Source of the DNA: Verrucomicrobiota bacterium
GTDB taxonomy: Bacteria > Verrucomicrobiota > Verrucomicrobiia > Limisphaerales > SXQI01
NCBI GenBank assembly: GCA_033762115.1
Contig: JANRLX010000039.1
Span: 1 to 56,373, forward strand
Direction of reading: 5' to 3'
Length of the DNA stretch: 56,373 nucleotides
In this document: piece by piece, positions 22,917 to 32,576 of the stretch
Layout: each line of letters starts with the position of its first letter
How positions within the stretch are numbered: the first letter of the stretch is position 1
Notes under the pieces: generated by a model
Databases searched by the model: none
What the model was told of the DNA's origin: nothing
What the model saw: only the letters and a program-made list of their open reading frames with translations
Translations under genes and position numbers: made by a program

Positions 22917-23969
22917 ATGAATGAATCCTTGAGGGTCAAACGACGCGCCCCCCTCCAGGGTTCCATTTTCCTGATTCTGTTTGGATTAATTTGGACGGGA
23001 GTTACTGCCGGGCTGGATTACAACTTCGGGCGCAACATTTTCAAACAAATTCAAGCCCACTCCTTTCCGACCACACAAGGCAAAATCATTCACGTAGCGC
23101 TGGAAAAAAGAAACGCTCGCAAATCCGAGACTTATATTCCAGTCATTCGTTTTGCGTATGAAGTAAATGGCCGTTCCTACACGTCGGAGAAATTCCGGTT
23201 TGATCATGGCCCTTCTTCGAGCCGTTCATATTCGCGAAGGATCGTTGCGGAAAATCCGAAGGACTCAACCGCCCTGGTTTATTACAATCCCAACAACCCC
23301 GGCGAAGGGATACTGTACCCTGGTATCGATGGTTCTGATCTTTTCGTTTTAATGTTCATGCTTCCCTTCAATCTAATCGCATTCGGGATCCTCTTTGCAT
23401 TGGTCGGGTCATTCATCAGGAAGGATCGAAATGAAGAAACGGGAGGAATTCCGGCCGCCAGCGTAGGGCATGATCTTTATGTTAATCTGAGCACTCTGGG
23501 TCCCGGAATGACAACATTGATCTATTTCGGTTTTGCGACTCTGGGCACGCTGTTTGCAGTCGCCGTTTTGAGCGGGATTTATCCATCCACCAGAGCTGGA
23601 GTCATTGGATGGATTTTTATTCTGACGAGTAGCCTCGCCATGTATGTTCGACAACGTTATCGCTTTCGAAACTTCCTGGACCATCTGCTCATCCAAAGGC
23701 AAAAGGGAAGCATCCGCCTGCCACTGAGCTATGGCAGAAAAAAACTTGTGTCAATTCCTTTGCCAGCGGTGCAACAGATTGAAATGCGAAATGAAAAAAC
23801 GAGAGATTCCCGAAATCGGGAGAATGAAAAATGGAGCATTCATCTGCATCACATTGAACAGGGACAGGAACGGATAGAAAAGCTGTATGAATTTCATGAT
23901 CAGGCAAAAGCAACCGCTTTCACTGCCTGGCTTCGATTCAACCTGGGCCTGGAGCGGAACAGGACTTGA
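22917..23969 (+). CDS. DUF3592-domain membrane protein
   Basis: TM helix, then FPTTQGKI, IRFAYEVNGRSYT, VYYNPNNP, followed by further TM helices. Confidence 0.8.
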   Translation: MNESLRVKRRAPLQGSIFLILFGLIWTGVTAGLDYNFGRNIFKQIQAHSFPTTQGKIIHVALEKRNARKSETYIPVIRFAYEVNGRSYTSEKFRFDHGPSSSRSYSRRIVAENPKDSTALVYYNPNNPGEGILYPGIDGSDLFVLMFMLPFNLIAFGILFALVGSFIRKDRNEETGGIPAASVGHDLYVNLSTLGPGMTTLIYFGFATLGTLFAVAVLSGIYPSTRAGVIGWIFILTSSLAMYVRQRYRFRNFLDHLLIQRQKGSIRLPLSYGRKKLVSIPLPAVQQIEMRNEKTRDSRNRENEKWSIHLHHIEQGQERIEKLYEFHDQAKATAFTAWLRFNLGLERNRT

Positions 23970-24000
23970 AAAACCGCAGTTTTTACGATATTGATGCTAA

Positions 24001-24738
24001 ATGCCCGAATCAGATAATCCCGGCCGAATACTCATTGCTGATGATGATCCGGGCTTTCGCTTCACGACCCAGGCATTTCTCAGGCGGGAAGGTTATGAAT
24101 GTGAGAGCGCTACAAATGCTTCCACCGCTTATGAATTGTTGAAGACCGGCCCTTTTGACCTGCTCATTTCCGATATTCATATGCCGGGCAACAATGGCCT
24201 TGAATTCATTCGCGAGTTGCCCAGGGAATTTATGGGTCTTCCAATCATTCTGATGACAGGGAACCCTACCATTGATACCGCTGCACAGTCAGTCCAATTA
24301 CCAGTCGTGGGTTATCTGGTCAAACCAGCCAAATCAGAGGAATTATTGCGCCTGGTTCGAAGTTCCATCAGCAATTATCGCGCTTTTCGCTCGTTAGCTG
24401 TCAGCCGCCGAAAGCTGTTGGATTGGGCGCGGGAACTCGAGCGGCTCGAATCTTCCAGAAATATTGCCGAGCAACACCCTTCACTCTCACCGGCAGCCTC
24501 CCTTGCTTCAGTGACAGTAAAAAACCTTCTTTCCGTGCTTGAGGATTGGAAACATCTCATGCAGTCGATCCCTGAAGGAGGACCAACTGATCTTCCTGAA
24601 CGGGTTGAACTAACCAGGGCAGTTGAGGAAACGATCCGTGTTTTGGAAAAAACACGGCAGTCGTTCAAATCACGAGAACTGGCAACGTTACGGAAAAAAC
24701 TCGAAGGAGTGCTCGATCAGGGAAAAGGGACCCCATAA
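24001..24738 (+). CDS. Response regulator (REC + unrecognised helical C-terminal domain)
   Basis: ILIADDD, SDIHMPG, MTG, LVKP. Confidence 0.88.
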   Translation: MPESDNPGRILIADDDPGFRFTTQAFLRREGYECESATNASTAYELLKTGPFDLLISDIHMPGNNGLEFIRELPREFMGLPIILMTGNPTIDTAAQSVQLPVVGYLVKPAKSEELLRLVRSSISNYRAFRSLAVSRRKLLDWARELERLESSRNIAEQHPSLSPAASLASVTVKNLLSVLEDWKHLMQSIPEGGPTDLPERVELTRAVEETIRVLEKTRQSFKSRELATLRKKLEGVLDQGKGTP

Positions 24739-24754
24739 TCATATGGGGCCCCTT
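24725..24754. terminator. Hairpin between convergent genes, probable (bidirectional) intrinsic terminator
   Basis: AAGGG-a-CCCCATA-atca-TATGGGG-c-CCCTT; on the minus strand the mismatch becomes a G-U pair and the 3' arm runs into TTTT. Confidence 0.55.
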
Positions 24755-24764
24755 CAAAATATTC

Positions 24765-26237
24765 TTAGTTTTTGATGGAAGCTTTGTAGAAGCGAAGTGT
24801 GTTGCCGACGGCATTCGCATCCGTGAACTGAATCACACCTGTTCCGGAAGACAGAGTTGCAATCGTTTCCCAGACAACCAGGTCAGAAGAGGCCTGGATT
24901 TCATAAGTTACGTTGGCTTCTCCTTGAAGTGTAAGCTGTGAATTGCCATTGACGCGACTGATCGCGCTAAACGATGTGGCAGAGCTTGGTTGGAGGAAAT
25001 ATTGTGTGACCAGGTTGGCGATGTTGAAACCAGCGGCCTGCCCTGCAATGTTCGCGGTCGGAAAATGAATTCCACCGAAAATACGGCTGACGCCGCTTTC
25101 ATCGGAAGCTTGTGAGAACCGTTGGTAATTACGAGTCACGCCTGGCAAACCGTCAGAAACGCTGGAGAAGGCAATTTCATCCGTGCCATAGAAGCTGGCC
25201 AGGATGGTGGAGGCTGCGCGGCTGAACGTGCTGTGCCCGGATGTGCACTCCGGAAAGGGTGGAGTTGCAATCAAGGGAGTCCAGGCTGGATCAGCGGTCG
25301 TTTCAGGATTGTTATCCGTATCAGCTTCACGAATGGCAGTGATCGGGCGCCAAAGATTAAACGTATATTTTGCATCCCAGCAGCTGATTGCAGCGTCAGC
25401 CATGGCGATGTTTAAAAGGGCGAACAAGCGGGCATTTTCTTCAAGGGTGTTGCCCTGTGCGATAGCCACGTCCTGCGCGATATGGTTCCAGTGTCCGGGA
25501 GGGGTTTCAGTTCCGCCGCCATCAGCCCAAAATTGAGCAATCTGAGTCTGGTCGGCAGTACGGGTGGTGCTTGTCGAGGAGCCGATTTCCTTCGTGATAT
25601 TCACTTCGAAGGCATAGGCGGATGAGGTGAGGCTTGGTGGAGCGTAAGGCCGGAACCTGGTGCCGTCAGGAATGGCAAAACATTTCACCGTACCCCAAGC
25701 GGGCAATAAAGCGGCCGCATTGGCAGGCAGGGTGGGACGCCAGATTCCAGGTGCGGGGAGATTCGTGTAAACAACCACAGACGCTGAATTATCACCGGCT
25801 CGCGAAGCAAGCATTGCCTCAGCCACCTGTTGCCCCCAGGCCAAGCCTGCTGTGGTGCTTGCATTTTGAGGCAGGGCCGCAACAGATGAATTGTACAGGG
25901 CCGTGAAGTTGGTTGTTTTAACGTCGGTATTTGTAAATTGCGCCATTGCTGCGGTAAACGCGGCGGCATGAACCGCAGCTTCAATGGAGGCCCCTTCAGG
26001 CGCAGCGCTTAAACTCAGGTAAGGACGGTGTGTCTTTGTAATGCCATTGACAGCGTCATAAATGGAAACATGAACAATCGCAGCAGCACGGGAAAATTTG
26101 GGTGGATTAATTCTCTCGGTGCGAGCGGCACGCAATAATGCGGTGTTCCAGTCGGTGACTGCATCCGCTTGTATTTGATTGGCGGTCAAGCCAAGTCCAA
26201 GGGTAGCTCCTAAGTAAAGTATGGCTGATGATTTCAT
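24765..26237 (-). CDS. Secreted vanadium-dependent haloperoxidase / PAP2 superfamily protein with extra C-terminal domain
   Basis: Signal peptide; AVTDWN; KYTFNLWRP (K-x6-RP), FPECTSGH, SRIFGGIHF. Confidence 0.88.
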   Translation of the reverse strand: MKSSAILYLGATLGLGLTANQIQADAVTDWNTALLRAARTERINPPKFSRAAAIVHVSIYDAVNGITKTHRPYLSLSAAPEGASIEAAVHAAAFTAAMAQFTNTDVKTTNFTALYNSSVAALPQNASTTAGLAWGQQVAEAMLASRAGDNSASVVVYTNLPAPGIWRPTLPANAAALLPAWGTVKCFAIPDGTRFRPYAPPSLTSSAYAFEVNITKEIGSSTSTTRTADQTQIAQFWADGGGTETPPGHWNHIAQDVAIAQGNTLEENARLFALLNIAMADAAISCWDAKYTFNLWRPITAIREADTDNNPETTADPAWTPLIATPPFPECTSGHSTFSRAASTILASFYGTDEIAFSSVSDGLPGVTRNYQRFSQASDESGVSRIFGGIHFPTANIAGQAAGFNIANLVTQYFLQPSSATSFSAISRVNGNSQLTLQGEANVTYEIQASSDLVVWETIATLSSGTGVIQFTDANAVGNTLRFYKASIKN

Positions 26238-26329
26238 CTAAGGATTTTTTTGTGCCCGATTCTGATCGGATGGATCAATACATCAAAATATCTGTGGTGA
26301 AAAGCCTTATTTTGGGGGTCGGGGGCAAA

Positions 26330-27871
26330 TTAAGCCCTGATTTTCGTCTCAGGGAGTGGGAGTTCCTCCTCGATGAGCGGGTCGGCGATTTCGGGTAGAA
26401 ACGTTTGAACCTGTGCCTCCGGCAGCGTCTGGACATCACGCAAACGTTTCTCAATCTGGCGGGAACGCAACGCCGCGTCGCTCATGGTATTGGAAGCCTG
26501 ATCCAGCTTTTTCTTCACACTTTCCAAAACCCCGCCAAATTTGCCAAACTCGGTTTTAACTGCGCCCAGCAACTCCCAAACCTCACTCGAGCGTTTTTCG
26601 ATAGCCAAAGTGCGGAATCCCATTTGCAAGCTATTCAGCAGCGCCGCCAGAGTGGTCGGACCAGTCACCACGACGCGGCACTCGCGCTGGAGAATTTCGA
26701 CCAGCCCGATTCGACGAATGACCTCCGCGTACAAACCTTCCGTTGGGAGGAACATGATTGCAAAATCTGTTGTGACAGGAGGATTGATGTACTTTTCGCA
26801 AATGTCGCTGGCGCTTTTCCGGATGCGCGTCTCCAAAAATTTACCGGCAGCCTCAGCTTCCTCAATGTTCCCGGCTTCCTGCGCTGCGACGAGTCGCTGA
26901 TAATCCTCAATGGGAAATTTTGCATCAATCGGGATCCAGACCGGATTTTCGTTCTGATTATTTTTCCCGGGAAGTTTGATCGCGAATTCAACAGTCTGGC
27001 CGCTGGATTCCCTGGTGCGAACATTTTTCTGGAACTGATCCGGGGTGAGAACCTGCTCCAGCAGAGCGCCCAATTGAATTTCACCCCAGCCTCCGCGTGT
27101 TTTGACATTGCCGAGCAATTTTTTGAGATCGCCGACACCAACAGCCAGGTTCTGCATCTCGCCCAGTCCGCGATGGACCGCTTCAAGGCGATCTGAAACC
27201 AGCTTGAATGATTCGCCAAGTCGCTTTTCCAGAGTTCCTTGCAGCTTTTCATCAACTGTCGCGCGCATCTGCTCAAGTTGTTTCTGATTGTCCTCCTGAA
27301 TATGCTTGAGCTTGGCATCAATCAGGGAGCGAACAGTTTCCAGACGTTGTTCGACAGTCTCACCCAGTTTTGAGACCTGAGCCACAATGGCACCGAGCTG
27401 TTCCTTTTGCTGATTGGCGTTTTCAGCCATGGCCTGGCGCTGGGTTTCGGTAAAAGTGCGGAGTCCGGCCCCTATTTCTTCGCGATGTTTTTGGGCCTGG
27501 GCTGTATTTTCCGTCCTGAACCCATCAAGTTTTTGGCCTGTTCCCTCCCGGAGCGTGGTCAACTGCCGTTCGAACGAATCGAGATGATTTTTCTGGAGCG
27601 TTGCAATATCCACCAGCTGACTGCGCAGTTCTGCACCAAACTTGGATAGTCGATCGTCCATTTCCTCCCGGGTGGAGCGGGCATTGCGTGCCGTTTCTTC
27701 TCGGGCTTTCGAAAGTTCCTCAAGCAAAAGGCGTTCGGTTCTTTCCTGCCCCTTGAGCAACGGTTCAAAGTCGCTTTTGAAATCCCGGGTTGAATCACGC
27801 TTTAAAACAATCAGCAGCAAGGTGAGTAAAGCGCAAAGGAGAATGCAGATAAGCAAAGCGGTTTGCATCAA
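26330..27871 (-). CDS. rmuC: DNA recombination protein RmuC
   Basis: N-terminal TM + long coiled coil; KTRGGWGEIQL, IDAKFP, TDFAIMFLPTEGLYAE, GPTTL.A.L. Confidence 0.95.
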   Translation of the reverse strand: MMQTALLICILLCALLTLLLIVLKRDSTRDFKSDFEPLLKGQERTERLLLEELSKAREETARNARSTREEMDDRLSKFGAELRSQLVDIATLQKNHLDSFERQLTTLREGTGQKLDGFRTENTAQAQKHREEIGAGLRTFTETQRQAMAENANQQKEQLGAIVAQVSKLGETVEQRLETVRSLIDAKLKHIQEDNQKQLEQMRATVDEKLQGTLEKRLGESFKLVSDRLEAVHRGLGEMQNLAVGVGDLKKLLGNVKTRGGWGEIQLGALLEQVLTPDQFQKNVRTRESSGQTVEFAIKLPGKNNQNENPVWIPIDAKFPIEDYQRLVAAQEAGNIEEAEAAGKFLETRIRKSASDICEKYINPPVTTDFAIMFLPTEGLYAEVIRRIGLVEILQRECRVVVTGPTTLAALLNSLQMGFRTLAIEKRSSEVWELLGAVKTEFGKFGGVLESVKKKLDQASNTMSDAALRSRQIEKRLRDVQTLPEAQVQTFLPEIADPLIEEELPLPETKIRA

Positions 27872-27943
27872 TGGCCACCTTACTGGAAGAAACCGCTTCG
27901 AAAAGGAAAAACCGTGTTGCCTGGCGAGGGGAGAGTTTAAAGC

Positions 27944-28177
27944 TTAAATACCGTTATCGCCAATGGCTTCAACCGGACACCCCTCACGAGCTTCCTTGCA
28001 TAACGCCTCTTCTTCAGGGGTTAAAGGCTGTTTGTAAACGAATGAAAAACCACCATCGTCGTTCCGTTTGAAGTTGGCCGGGGCGGTTTCGCGGCAAAGA
28101 TCGCAATCAATGCATTGGTTATCGACGAAGTATCTGCCTGTTACATTGTCAGGGTACCTGTTTGCAACATCTGCCAT
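27944..28177 (-). CDS. Single-cluster ferredoxin
   Basis: CIDCDLC...CPVEAIG; start at ATG 28177 (MADVANRYPDN). Confidence 0.92.
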   Translation of the reverse strand: MADVANRYPDNVTGRYFVDNQCIDCDLCRETAPANFKRNDDGGFSFVYKQPLTPEEEALCKEAREGCPVEAIGDNGI

Positions 28178-28426
28178 AATCTTCCCCAATAGTGCGAACC
28201 TGAATGATGACTTCAAGTCCAGACTTTGGTTCATCGCTCAATATTCAATTTCACTGAAAGGATTGAGTTCTAAGGATTTATGCATTTTTTCATCCCAAGC
28301 AAATGGGATTTGGGTCAGCAGAAAGTGGGAAATGGTGGGAATTAGTGAAACATACTTAAGCATTTGCTTAAATAAGCATTTCGTGCCGGGCAGGCCCGGA
28401 AGATCTTTTTTCTGCTTGGCGGAGGG

Positions 28427-29170
28427 GTGAAGATACGTAGTTTAGCGAGAGTGATTTCCTGTTCTGTTATTATTCCCTGCTTCAATGAGGAAGCTGCGTT
28501 ACCCAGGTTATTGGAAGGAGTTAAGCAATTCGGCACCTGTGTGCTGGTGGTGGATGACGGATCAACGGATGAAACTGCGTCGATTGCACGAGCAGCAGGG
28601 GTTGAGTTGCTAAGGAACCAAACGCGGCTTGGGAAAGGAGCTTCGTTGAGACGCGGGATTGACTGGGCGATGAGCGCCGGTTTAACCCATGCATTGTGCA
28701 TGGATGGGGATGGTCAGCATTCGCCAACTGACATTCCGAAATTTTTGGGAACCGGTGAAGCTGAGGCGGCTTTAATTGTGGGGAACCGGATGGACAATGC
28801 TGGAGAGATGCCCTGGCTTCGGCGGCGGGTCAATCAATGGATGAGCGGGTACTTATCAAAAAGGACGGGGACCTGGCTGCCGGACACGCAATGTGGCATG
28901 CGGTTGGTTTCGCTGAAATGGTGGAAACGGCTCGATATGCAAACGTGCCATTTCGAGTTTGAATCGGAGCTCATCCTGAGGATGATCGCAGCTGGTGGAA
29001 GGATCGAATTTGTTCCGATTGAAGTGATTTACAAGGGGGAACGGAGCAAAATTCATCCGTTGAAAGATACTGTTCGTTGGTTTCGCTGGCTGCGACAGCA
29101 ATCGATTCAGTCTGGAAGTCACAAAGAGATCTCTTCAAAGAGCCAGGGAGTGGCGCTGGTAAAATCGTGA
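28427..29170 (+). CDS. Glycosyltransferase family 2 (DPM1-like)
   Basis: IIPCFNEE, VVDDGSTD, GKGASL, MDGDGQH, DTQCGMR. Confidence 0.92.
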   Translation: MKIRSLARVISCSVIIPCFNEEAALPRLLEGVKQFGTCVLVVDDGSTDETASIARAAGVELLRNQTRLGKGASLRRGIDWAMSAGLTHALCMDGDGQHSPTDIPKFLGTGEAEAALIVGNRMDNAGEMPWLRRRVNQWMSGYLSKRTGTWLPDTQCGMRLVSLKWWKRLDMQTCHFEFESELILRMIAAGGRIEFVPIEVIYKGERSKIHPLKDTVRWFRWLRQQSIQSGSHKEISSKSQGVALVKS

Positions 29171-29511
29171 AATTGCCTTTTATTGACTCGCTCCCAAAAT
29201 CGATACGGGTGGCACTCCGTATCCTGATGCTGATATTGATTACTTATTGCTTTGGATTGGCGCTGCATTACTCCGTGTCAAAGTCCAATGAAGGGGAAAC
29301 GACGGCAGGGTTTGGCCGGGGGTTGTTGCATGGGGCGTTGATGCCGGGCGGGATGCCAAGTTTGTTGCTGGGAAAGGATGTGGTCATTTACGCCACGAAT
29401 AATAACGGGAGAATGTATAAACTGGGTTATACGATGGGGGTGAATGTTTGTGGGGCTCTTTTTTTCGGCTACACCTATTGGAGAATCAATCGGTTAAGAA
29501 GAAAGGAATAG
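29167..29511 (+). CDS. Hypothetical membrane protein
   Basis: GTGA overlap with GT2; TM segments; AGFGRGLLHGALMP and YKLGY motifs. Confidence 0.7.
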   Translation: MKLPFIDSLPKSIRVALRILMLILITYCFGLALHYSVSKSNEGETTAGFGRGLLHGALMPGGMPSLLLGKDVVIYATNNNGRMYKLGYTMGVNVCGALFFGYTYWRINRLRRKE

Positions 29512-29516
29512 GCGGA

Positions 29517-30203
29517 ATGAGCAGGAAAAAAATCGTAGTCCTGACCGGGGTGACACGCGGGCTGGGGAGGGCAATGACGGAGCAGTTTATTGCCCATGAT
29601 TGCATTGTGGCGGGATGCGGCAGAACAGAAAAGGAAGTCGCGGCACTACGGAAACAATTTCCAGCACCTCACCGTTTTGATGTGGTGGATGTGACAAAGC
29701 CTGCGCTGGTGGAACAATGGGCAAAAGTTTTGAACGAGACAGTGGGGACAGCAGATTTTTTGATCAACAATGCCGCCATCATCAATCGAAATGCGCCGCT
29801 CTGGGAATTGAGCGCAGAGGAGTTTGACCGTGTGATCCAGGTGAATGTCTGCGGCATAGCAAATGTGATCAGGGCATTTGTCCCTGCAATGGTACAGTTG
29901 GGCACAGGGGTGGTCGTAAATTTCAGTTCGGGTTGGGGCCGCTCGACATCACCTGAAGTGGCCCCGTATTGCGCCTCGAAGTATGCAGTGGAGGGATTGA
30001 CGCAGGCCCTTGCGCAGGAGTTACCAAGCGGGATGGCGGCAGTGCCGCTGAATCCCGGAATTATCGATACGGAGATGTTGCGGAGTTGCTTTGGCGGTTC
30101 TGCCGGAGGCTATATAAAACCGGAGGAATGGGCCAAACGCGCAGTACCGTTTATCCTGGGGTTGCGAGCGAGCAAGAACGGTCAATCCCTTACGGTGCAG
30201 TAA
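29517..30203 (+). CDS. SDR family oxidoreductase (pterin aldehyde reductase-like)
   Basis: TGVTRGLG, NNA, SSGWGRS, YCASK, LNPG. Confidence 0.92.
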   Translation: MSRKKIVVLTGVTRGLGRAMTEQFIAHDCIVAGCGRTEKEVAALRKQFPAPHRFDVVDVTKPALVEQWAKVLNETVGTADFLINNAAIINRNAPLWELSAEEFDRVIQVNVCGIANVIRAFVPAMVQLGTGVVVNFSSGWGRSTSPEVAPYCASKYAVEGLTQALAQELPSGMAAVPLNPGIIDTEMLRSCFGGSAGGYIKPEEWAKRAVPFILGLRASKNGQSLTVQ

Positions 30204-30434
30204 TTATTGTTTCGGATTTGCACCGACGGCATTGGTATCATGCATAGCAGGGAGGGAGCCTTTGTCCTGATTGTAACCGCCACCGCCGGTCTGAGCGGTT
30301 GAATTGGCCCCGTGAGTGTCTCCATCGCTCCCACTATCCGAGCCTGCTGCATTTCCGGAATTGGACTCACCACAACCGGTCAAGGTGAGGATCAGCGCAG
30401 AGCCTGCCAATAGTTTTAATAAAATTCTGTTCAT
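30204..30434 (-). CDS. Small low-complexity lipoprotein
   Basis: MNR + hydrophobic core + lipobox LTGC; Gly/Ser/Asn/Asp-rich mature part. Confidence 0.7.
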   Translation of the reverse strand: MNRILLKLLAGSALILTLTGCGESNSGNAAGSDSGSDGDTHGANSTAQTGGGGYNQDKGSLPAMHDTNAVGANPKQ

Positions 30435-30563
30435 GTCTAAAAATCGATTAAAGGCGGTGAAAAAACAGAGGTTCCTTCCCCTGAAAATGAATCAGGATTT
30501 CGATGTTTCCGGCATGGATTTCCCTCCCAAATCCCTTGCCACAGTTGCCGCTCCCCTTTAAGA

Positions 30564-31724
30564 GTGATTTCGATGGAACCAACACGTACAGGATATGGGA
30601 CCTGGAGCGGAGGACGCTTCATGCATTTTGGAGAAAAGCTGGATGAAAGACGATATCTGGATGTTATCCGGCTGGCTTACGAAAAAGGAATCCGCACATT
30701 CATGACAGCGGATGTGTACGGAAACGGGGAATCGGATTTGTTGCTGGGAAAGGCATTAAGCGATGTGAAGCGGGATTCATGGTGCCTTGTTGGAGCGGTG
30801 GGGCATGATTTTTACAAGGGGAAACGGGAAGGAGCAAAAGGTTATCCACGGTTCACCAACAAGGAGCTTCGGCCAGCTTCTGAATTCAAGGATTATCTCA
30901 GCATGGCGACTGAAAAATCGCTGGAACGGTGCGGGACGACCCATTTCGATTTGCTGCTGCTGCATAATCCGGACTCGGTCGGTTACAGCTCAGATATCGT
31001 GTGGAGCGGGATGAACCGGCTCAAGGAAAAGGGATTGACACGGCAACTTGGCGTTGCGCCGGGACCAGCGAATGGTTTCACCCTGGACTTGATCCTGTGC
31101 ATGGAACGATTTGAGGAGGTCCTGGATTGGGCCATGATCATTCTGAACCCTTTGGAACCGTGGCCGGGAAACATGGCGCTGCCAGCAGCGGAGAAGCATC
31201 AGGTCAAGCTGATCACGCGAGTGGTGGATTATGGCGGGATTTTCCATGATGATGTCAAACCAGGGCATCAATTCGGGCCGCAGGACCATCGAGCATTCCG
31301 TCCCGCTGGATGGGTGGAGGCAGGCAATGAGAAGATGAACCGGATGCGTGAGATTGCCCAGGCGCATGGATTAACGATGCTGCAACTGGCATGCATCTGG
31401 AATTTATCGCAGGAACCGGTGAGATCGGTGATTCCGACCCTGATCCAGGAGGGAGGAAGCAACAGCAAAGCAATCGAAGAAAAAGTGGATGAACTGGCCC
31501 AGCTGCCTGAAATCAAATTGTCCCGGGATGAAGTGAAAACGATTGAAGAAATCGGGAACAATCGTGGCTGCATGAGTTTGAAGGGCGGGAATCGCTCTCA
31601 CACCAGTGAACCGGTGGCAGACCAATGGAGCCTGACGGCAGACCTGGAAGCGGTGGCGCAGCGGTGGGGAATCGATGCAGATAAAGACCTTGCCTGCACG
31701 CATTCCATGGCAACCAAAGAGTAG
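30564..31724 (+). CDS. Aldo/keto reductase family protein
   Basis: GYGTW, TADVYG.G.S, SLERC, DLLLLHNPD, LGV, QLA..W; start 30564 or 30573. Confidence 0.88.
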   Translation: MISMEPTRTGYGTWSGGRFMHFGEKLDERRYLDVIRLAYEKGIRTFMTADVYGNGESDLLLGKALSDVKRDSWCLVGAVGHDFYKGKREGAKGYPRFTNKELRPASEFKDYLSMATEKSLERCGTTHFDLLLLHNPDSVGYSSDIVWSGMNRLKEKGLTRQLGVAPGPANGFTLDLILCMERFEEVLDWAMIILNPLEPWPGNMALPAAEKHQVKLITRVVDYGGIFHDDVKPGHQFGPQDHRAFRPAGWVEAGNEKMNRMREIAQAHGLTMLQLACIWNLSQEPVRSVIPTLIQEGGSNSKAIEEKVDELAQLPEIKLSRDEVKTIEEIGNNRGCMSLKGGNRSHTSEPVADQWSLTADLEAVAQRWGIDADKDLACTHSMATKE

Positions 31725-32576
31725 CTATTTTGTTAATGATTTGAGGTGGATGCGGGCCACCTCGCCCATGTAGTGCGGTTGCGCGAATTCCCCGGTGGCA
31801 CGTCGAAAATGTTCCCTCGCGTCCTCTTTTCTGCCGCTGATATCCGCATAAAGGCCGAGATATAAATGAGCGTAAAAGAGTGATTGTTTGCTGTCAGTGG
31901 ACTCCTGAGCAGCCTTGAGAACGTCATCGACCCCACCTTTGCCTTGATAGAGCCGATAGATTTCATACATCGGGACACGCATATCCGGGCCGACCTGAAG
32001 GATTTGGTTGCGGGCGGCTGAAATTCCCTTTTGACGCGCCAGGCAAAGAAAATGCCAGACGGCGTTTTCCACATCGTTCTTGTTCACTTTTTGATGCAAT
32101 TCAAATTGACGCTGGCCTTCCAAAAACTGTTCAGCGTAGTAGAGACTGATCCCCTGTTGCCAGTGGTACGGCTTGTCTTCCGGTTTTAAGGCCAGAACTT
32201 TTTCGAATTCTGAAACAGAATCCTTGAAACGACCGAGTTTGAAATAAAGCTCCCCGAGCGCCTGATGGGATTGACTGGACTTGGGATCATTTTCGATGGC
32301 GCGAGTCAAATCGGAGATGGCTTTCTGCGACTCGCCGAGGATATCAAACAAACGACCACGATAGAATAAAGCCTGGGCATTATCCGGCTGCTTTTCCAAA
32401 GCCTTGTTCAGGATGGCGTAGGCTTCGTTGGTTTTGTTGAGTTGCAGGGCTACCCGTGCTCCGGTCAGTAATTCATCGACGGTGGAATCGGCAGCGCGAA
32501 GCGGGAGGGATAAAAAAAGGATCAGTAAAAAATGTTTCAAGCCGTGCAAAATACCGGCTTGAAAGAAAATGTTCAA
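31725..32576 (-). CDS. TPR protein, NlpI-like
   Basis: Signal-like N-terminus, TPR repeats, WQQGISLYYA, NDVENAVWHFLC, FYAHLYLGLY. Confidence 0.82.
   Translation of the reverse strand: MNIFFQAGILHGLKHFLLILFLSLPLRAADSTVDELLTGARVALQLNKTNEAYAILNKALEKQPDNAQALFYRGRLFDILGESQKAISDLTRAIENDPKSSQSHQALGELYFKLGRFKDSVSEFEKVLALKPEDKPYHWQQGISLYYAEQFLEGQRQFELHQKVNKNDVENAVWHFLCLARQKGISAARNQILQVGPDMRVPMYEIYRLYQGKGGVDDVLKAAQESTDSKQSLFYAHLYLGLYADISGRKEDAREHFRRATGEFAQPHYMGEVARIHLKSLTK

Noticed and set aside
28370..28390. Minus-strand CGGCACGAAATGC as a sigma-54 site for the ferredoxin
   Set aside because: GG-to-GC spacing is 8 nt, not the required 10
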